Below are positions 58,220 through 64,000 of a DNA stretch of 64,000 nt, one piece after another (position 1 is the stretch's first letter; each line of letters begins with the position of its first letter). The notes under the pieces were generated by a model. That model did no database searches, was not told where the DNA came from, and saw nothing but the letters and a program-made list of their open reading frames with translations. This DNA is from Macrostomum lignano (Eukaryota). A program made the translations under genes and the position numbers. The stretch spans positions 1-64,000 of the forward strand of contig NIVC01000364.1 of NCBI GenBank assembly GCA_002269645.1, in the 5' to 3' direction.

Positions 58220-60775
58220 ATGGCTCTAAATGTGGACAAGGAGCCACTCTTCCGGCCACTTAATGTTGAAAAAAGCTTGAGCGATAAGCAAAGCTTGGTT
58301 TCCAAGTACCAGACTTTGATTTTGACATCGGGCGAAGAATGCGTTGGTCCAAAGCGAATCTACATCATGTTCAAAGTTCTTGATGAAGTTCTTGGCCAGC
58401 TCGGTGTCTTTAAAGAACTTTTTGTAGAACTTCGGAAAGAGATGGTTGAGGCAGTGTTCTCGGACTCGATTCATCCGGGAATTACAAAGGACTCAGCTGA
58501 AATTAAACGAATTCCGCACATGGAAGAGGTCAAGCGGCTGTTTAAGGAGGCGAAATACAAAGAGGATGACCACAAAGAGAGCGTTTCAAGCATGGAGAAG
58601 AAGCTTTTCGAAAAGCAGCAAAGCTTTGAAGAGCAGCTCATGAATAATGATGAACTGGCTCGTGAAATTAACGAGAGGGATGAAACAATCACAAAACTAA
58701 TGGGCGAAATTCGATTCCTGGAGGAAGACAAGGCGCTGATTCAGAAAGAATTTGAACTATACCAGCAGTCTACAGAGAAGGAAATCCAAGAGATGAAGTT
58801 TGACTATCAGGACTTGCAAGAGGAACTGCGCCTGGTTACAGCGGATCGCGATCTCTGCAAGCCGTACAAAGAGGGCTACGACAAGATGCAAATCGAATTT
58901 CAGAACATCGGGCTGCGAGCCTACGAGGACAAGAAGTCGGAGAGTCAGAAGCCGAAGCCTTTGTCTCAAAAAGAAAAGTTGATTGCCGACATCAAAGCTG
59001 CCGTGAAGCTCCAAGATCAGCTGCTGAAGGGACAAAACCTTCTTATACAAGAGTTTGATGGCTTCTTAGAGAAGCACAAAGCGAGCATCAGTAGCGAAGA
59101 AAATCGAGAAGCGGACGGCAGACCATCCACTGTGAGCACAGATCCATCGTCGATTCGAAATTTTGAAGCGGAAACTGCCGACCAGCAGCTGATTGTGAAT
59201 CAGAAACGATTCCTAGAGAATATTGAACGCATTGACAACGAGATGAACCTACTCACCAAGCACCAGGTGATGCTGGAGGAGCAACTGCTTGGCATGGTTA
59301 AGGCAAATGAACGAGACGGGGACTCCGTGCTTGACTTGCTGAAGACCATCAGCAATGCAGGCGACCCTAGCAACGATGACTATGTGCCTGGCGATCCATT
59401 TGTAGTTAATGAGCGCGTGTTCAGCAAATACTCCTTAATGTTGTTCGTCTCTACCAACGGTGGAAAAACTTTCAGCGAGTTTGGTGGCTCAAACTACTGT
59501 CATCAGTGCTTCGAGAAGACCACCGTCTGTCCCCACAAACTTCGAGGCCGCGAGATCGTACTGCCGCTGCCAACCAATGCTAGCCACCTTCGTCTCAATC
59601 GTCCCGAGGTGAAAGTTAACCAGGAAGTCCTGCGCCAGAATCTACAGGAGATGCGCATGCTTGAGCGCAAGTCGGGCCTGCCTCCACTGCCAAAGCAGCA
59701 GGGAATTCGCGACGAAAGCCGGACCAGCTTCAACACCGGCCTCACTACCGAGACCGGCAAGAGTGGCGAGCCAGACGAAAAAGACACGAGATTTGTTAAC
59801 AAGTTTTCGCGGGTATGGGACGACTATCACGCCCGCACTGACATTGTGCGACATCATCCGATTAAGCACCCGAAGAGCTTGATTGAGTCGCTAATCGAGC
59901 AGTTCTACGCGACTTGTCTGTGGGATGACGAGTACACTCCGGACGACGAGGAGGGCTACTCCGTGCTTGACAACTTCTATGAGTTCCTCTATTCGCGTTA
60001 CATGCAGGAGGATGTGGTGTTTCTGGCCGCGCACGACTTCTTTACCAGTTTGGAGAGCCACGCCGAAACAGACGACCATTTGCGGATGTTCAGTCACGTG
60101 TTGTGCAACAACCTAGACGGAGCCGCTTTCCGCTACTTCCTCGTGCTGATCGACTTGGTCAACCAGGTCGACTTTCGCCACTCGGAAGACTTTCGAGAGT
60201 TTGTGCTGGCGGCATTTCCATTTATGCTTGAGGATGACGTCGAAACTTTTCAAATTGGCTTCGTTTCGTATTGCGAGAATCGCGTTAGCCGACGATCGGT
60301 GTACAACTACATCCTGTACATGCTGCTGCGCTACAGAGACCCCTACTTCCTTGAGATGGAGTCCAAGTGCCAACAGTCTCCAATGGCCGAGTTTGGCTAC
60401 ATGTCCGAGCGGGAATTTATGGCCGTTTCAGAGACGGTTTGCGAGAACGCATTCGACCATTTGTCTAGGAGGCTGTTCCTTGAAGCGGCAGCCGCCGCGG
60501 AACGCGAAGTTACCACGCCTGGAACAGTGCCAGTAGCAAAGTTGTCGCACATCTTATCTTACCTGGCCATCATCCAGGTAGCTGCTACAGCTCGAGATGA
60601 TCTGGCCGACAGGATCGCGCGAAACCGCCTCAACCTGAAGCTGGAGCTGCGCCCGGGCGCGGATGCTGAGGAGCCGGCCTTGCGCTGGAGTTACAGCGGA
60701 GCCCTGCAGCTGGCAAGGCACATGGCCAAGAGCGAGCAGTACAGGCAGGCTCATCAGGTCAGCTCGGTTGAGTAG
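58220..60775 (+). CDS. 851-aa intronless coiled-coil protein, TSNAXIP1-like
   Basis: Long uninterrupted ORF with natural composition. The N-terminal GPKRIYIMFKVLDEV...FKELFVELRKE followed by a coiled coil, and the C-terminal LDNFYEFLYSRY...AHDFFTSLE...MFSHVL, recall TSNAXIP1-family regions (from memory, not searched). Confidence 0.75.
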   Translation: MALNVDKEPLFRPLNVEKSLSDKQSLVSKYQTLILTSGEECVGPKRIYIMFKVLDEVLGQLGVFKELFVELRKEMVEAVFSDSIHPGITKDSAEIKRIPHMEEVKRLFKEAKYKEDDHKESVSSMEKKLFEKQQSFEEQLMNNDELAREINERDETITKLMGEIRFLEEDKALIQKEFELYQQSTEKEIQEMKFDYQDLQEELRLVTADRDLCKPYKEGYDKMQIEFQNIGLRAYEDKKSESQKPKPLSQKEKLIADIKAAVKLQDQLLKGQNLLIQEFDGFLEKHKASISSEENREADGRPSTVSTDPSSIRNFEAETADQQLIVNQKRFLENIERIDNEMNLLTKHQVMLEEQLLGMVKANERDGDSVLDLLKTISNAGDPSNDDYVPGDPFVVNERVFSKYSLMLFVSTNGGKTFSEFGGSNYCHQCFEKTTVCPHKLRGREIVLPLPTNASHLRLNRPEVKVNQEVLRQNLQEMRMLERKSGLPPLPKQQGIRDESRTSFNTGLTTETGKSGEPDEKDTRFVNKFSRVWDDYHARTDIVRHHPIKHPKSLIESLIEQFYATCLWDDEYTPDDEEGYSVLDNFYEFLYSRYMQEDVVFLAAHDFFTSLESHAETDDHLRMFSHVLCNNLDGAAFRYFLVLIDLVNQVDFRHSEDFREFVLAAFPFMLEDDVETFQIGFVSYCENRVSRRSVYNYILYMLLRYRDPYFLEMESKCQQSPMAEFGYMSEREFMAVSETVCENAFDHLSRRLFLEAAAAAEREVTTPGTVPVAKLSHILSYLAIIQVAATARDDLADRIARNRLNLKLELRPGADAEEPALRWSYSGALQLARHMAKSEQYRQAHQVSSVE

Positions 60776-61283
60776 TTAACTGGCCTGACCCCGTGCAGCA
60801 ACTATTAATCATAATTTATTTAAAAATATCGCTTTCGTTGGAGGAATTGCTCAAAAGTTACTTTATAAATAGGTCTTGATTTGTTTTGTTTTATTGTGCT
60901 TACAAATACTGTGCACAAAACTGACTATAATTGTTTATTGCAAGCCCAGCAAGCTTCTTTTAATTGTTTTTAATGAAAATTCTCTCTGATTTCCCCCTAA
61001 AATATTTGTAGTTTAGAAGAGCGCTTCTACCCCAAATTGTTTTCAAAGTGTTTCGTCGATGTAGACAATTGTAAATGAAATTCAATCAGATTTTTCTTGC
61101 TTTCAGCACCAAGTTTATAAGAAAATTCGCTAAATTAATATAGTGCACTTATATCGTAAGTACTGGGACAAGTTAAAGGTTAGATTGGATCTAGTTTTGA
61201 CTTCATATTAACATTTTCTAGACACCTGTCCGAAATGCGTATGCACATCTAATTGCAATCGTTGCTCGTCAGCAACGTAGCAT

Positions 61284-61596
61284 AATATTAATAATAATAC
61301 TTGATTACATCTGCCCCAATTGGGCCAGACGTGCAACCGACCGCTCAGCCGCAGCCATTGCGCGGCGCATCTGAAGGCTGCGTACGGCTGTTCAGTCCAA
61401 GGACTGGGGGGTCGTCACACACACCCTCAATTACCCCAGCTAATGCTGGCACCCATTTTACAGCTGGGTGAAATGAAGCAGTGCAGAGTCAAGTGTCTTG
61501 CTCAAGGACACAAACTGTTCCAGTGGGATCGGGAATCGAACCCCTGACCTTCAAGTCGTGAGTCCGGCGCTCTAACCACTAGGCTACAGCCCCTGT
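61284..61596 (-). mobile_element. tRNA-derived SINE with TSD
   Basis: Head GGGGCTGTAGCCTAGTGGTTAGAGCG...GGTTCGATTCCC has A and B boxes. The body contains GTGTCCTTGAGCAAGACACT...CACCCAGCTGTAAAATGGGT, and the tail is (ATT)n. It is flanked by 12-bp direct repeats GCAAC(G/A)TAGCAT at 61272-61283 and 61597-61608. Confidence 0.88.
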
Positions 61597-63234
61597 GCAA
61601 CATAGCATGCACCGTTAGCATTTCAAGTGTCGTTAAGTGTCGTCGAATTTCAAGAGCTTTTTAGCTCTCTCGCCTAGCTTAAGCTCAAATGCATTTACAT
61701 TTATCTAGCGCTATATGCATTTCTCGTCAAGATTTATAAATAGGCGTTTCAAGATTCATGAAATGAAATTAAAGCACCTCAAACCGATGCCCGTTTTTCC
61801 TATGACAGCCGCTTTCTTCTTGATTTGTTGTTTAACGAGGGTGCCGTGAGGCGTCGATCAGCCCTAGTTGGGCTCTGCCGCTGAAGAATAGGGGTAGGTT
61901 TTCCGGGAGCGTATGCTCGGGCCACCTGACACATTGGAACGCCTATCTGGACTGCGTTACAAAGATAACAGACCCTATGGCCGGGGAGCCTGGAGCCAAA
62001 ATGAAGCGAAAAAGATTGGGTGCCATCAATTAGGGTGAGAGTGTAGGTGGTCCATGAACTGCGAAACTCATTTTTTATTTCTATAGCCTTGGCACCGCCA
62101 ACACGCTTAGTAGACCAGGTCCGGCCCCTCAGAGACCGGCATCATCCGCCGGGATTAAACTACCCATCAGTGCAGGTAGGGTCGACCATTTGTGGGCTGC
62201 CCAGGAGATCGATTGCGCATGCGCAATCCTCGCATAAGCAGGTGAGAGCCTGTCACTAGGGCGCCGAACACACTCCAAAGCCAATAGGATCCCCGACTTT
62301 TGGGCTCATGACTTCAAGGTACGGTCCCTTGCCCTTTGTACTAATAGCCTCTTTGACACGAGGCCTGCATGACCAGGTGGTCCATTTGCCAGCTCCCTGC
62401 GCGGGTAGGTTCACCTAGCGCAATGCCAGCTCAAAGCAGTACAAATAAAGCGCTGTGTGCTCTTCCTAAAATGCGGGCGGCAAGCCAGCAGTGACGCAAG
62501 ATCATCGGCTAGACAGTCCCAGGCCGCACCACAACTCACTCTGCTGAGTACACCATTGCAGACAATCTCATCAGAGACCGTCTTTATACCGTCTGCCCTT
62601 CTTGATTTCCCGCTCCTAATATGTATATTTGGTCACGGTCTCCAGCTCTTTGTTTCCTAATTATTGATTTCTTAATTACTGTATTTGTACCCTTTAGCGC
62701 TGGGGGTAAATATACAGGCCATACTGCGGATCCACAGGTGCATGGTGAGACAGGCTGCTTCAGTATGACTTCCTCGTGTGCTACCTGCCGGGAACCGGCA
62801 ACTACGTCGCTGCGTCTGCTATACTGGATTGGAGTTGACTGCTGCATGGTCCACCTGCCCGAAACTCCAGGTCCGAGTGCACTCCAGCTCACCATAGCAA
62901 CAGAATCCGACAACGCCTTGGGAATAGCCATAAGATCGAGCGTCATCAAGGGGCGACGGAGATGCAGAGCTGCAGGCCCCTGACGAGTGCGCGATATACA
63001 TTTCTAAAAACTTGCAGTACTGATCGATCGCACAATTTTTAAGTCGGTAGAATAGAGAGAGGCTTATATAAGCCTCCGGGGCAAGAGACAGAGTACTGTG
63101 CATTCATGTAACATGAAACAACAAAAATATTGAATCTTGACAGTTTACAACGCGTGTAAAATACGTGAAAGTGTACAATACGAAACGAAAATATTTGTAA
63201 ATTTCAGCGTATTCCGCGACAGGCCCTTAGTTCG

Positions 63235-63365
63235 GCAAAGAATTCTCTGACTTCCAGGCCGATCAGGATTCAGGGAATCCTTGCACATAAATACATGCAC
63301 CAATCTGTGCTATCTACAGGCTAACGGCTTGACAGAGCGACTGAACCGGTCATTGTCTACATGGA
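63235..63365 (+). pseudogene. Degenerate LTR-retrotransposon (Gypsy-type) integrase fragment
   Basis: Encodes YLQANGLTERLNRSL, matching the integrase PQ.NG..ER.NR.L motif. Upstream EFSDF...GI..H lies in shifted frames. Confidence 0.55.
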
Positions 63366-64000
63366 GTGTAATCAAGGCTGCAATCGAGGAAGAAAATGGC
63401 TTTTCAAGACGTCATGACACCCTAGCTCATGACACCCCATCTTGGTAGCCTACTTCAGCTCCAAGCACACTCTGCCGGGAAAGTACAAACTCATGCTGTG
63501 TCGGCTGTGGCGCATTACGCAGTCACGATTTCTAAGTCGCCTACTGTACCATTAATAAGACAATTAGGCTTGAGCGAGAATTGTGCTAATCGGGCCATTC
63601 TGGGAATTTTAGCTGCTCTACTTTATTTAATTGTCTATTTTGTGGAAACAAAAGTGAAAGTTAAAGCGCAGAAATCCATCTCAAGGAGATAGCAATTCAT
63701 TCTTGTGCGGCTCCATCCTTTGGGAGAGTTTGTTTAAACCCGTAAGTGCTTCGAGGAAATTTAGCAGCTAATTTGAATTCGGTAGTGCCTCACAGGTTAA
63801 ACAGACGTGACGTGAATCCTGGAGTCCTGGGGTTGACCGAGATCACAGTGCTAAAGCAGTTACTAGGCCTAGCTCTGACTATCAACACTTGTGTCCTCAA
63901 TACTATCTGTTAGTAACTTATTATATTGTAAGCCCTATATTTCGTATAGACTAAATTCTCAACAGAAAATAGGTCTTACAAGGCCAAGGGGAAAGTAATT

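Noticed and set aside
61520-61596. tRNA gene
   Set aside because: It is the head of a SINE: no acceptor-stem closure, followed by a SINE body, tail and TSD.

Overview
Eukaryotic, intron-rich genomic DNA with GC-rich, polyQ/polyA-rich exons and many minisatellites. The style suggests a flatworm such as Macrostomum (inference only). Genes were rebuilt by hand from splice sites and reading phase. They are a frameshifted RING/TRAF-type zinc-finger gene (-), an orphan Q-rich ORF (-), a 6-exon Pax6 (+) and a TRPV-like channel (-). Further along lie an orphan adaptor-like ORF (+), a 4-exon EBPL (-), a single-pass membrane protein (-), a 6-exon MPP2/MPP6-like MAGUK (-) and an intronless TSNAXIP1-like ORF (+). 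Mobile elements include a 3.1-kb Spy-like (PHIS group) DNA transposon inserted at AAA|TTT with no TSD, whose long TIRs are built from 161-bp repeats. Also present are a second Spy-like end, a 5'-truncated RTE-like LINE, a tRNA-derived SINE with TSD, a hAT-type MITE, two foldback-like elements and a degenerate Gypsy-type integrase fragment. Most long ORFs in the supplied track are artefacts of tandem repeats. There is no CRISPR array, rRNA or intact tRNA.
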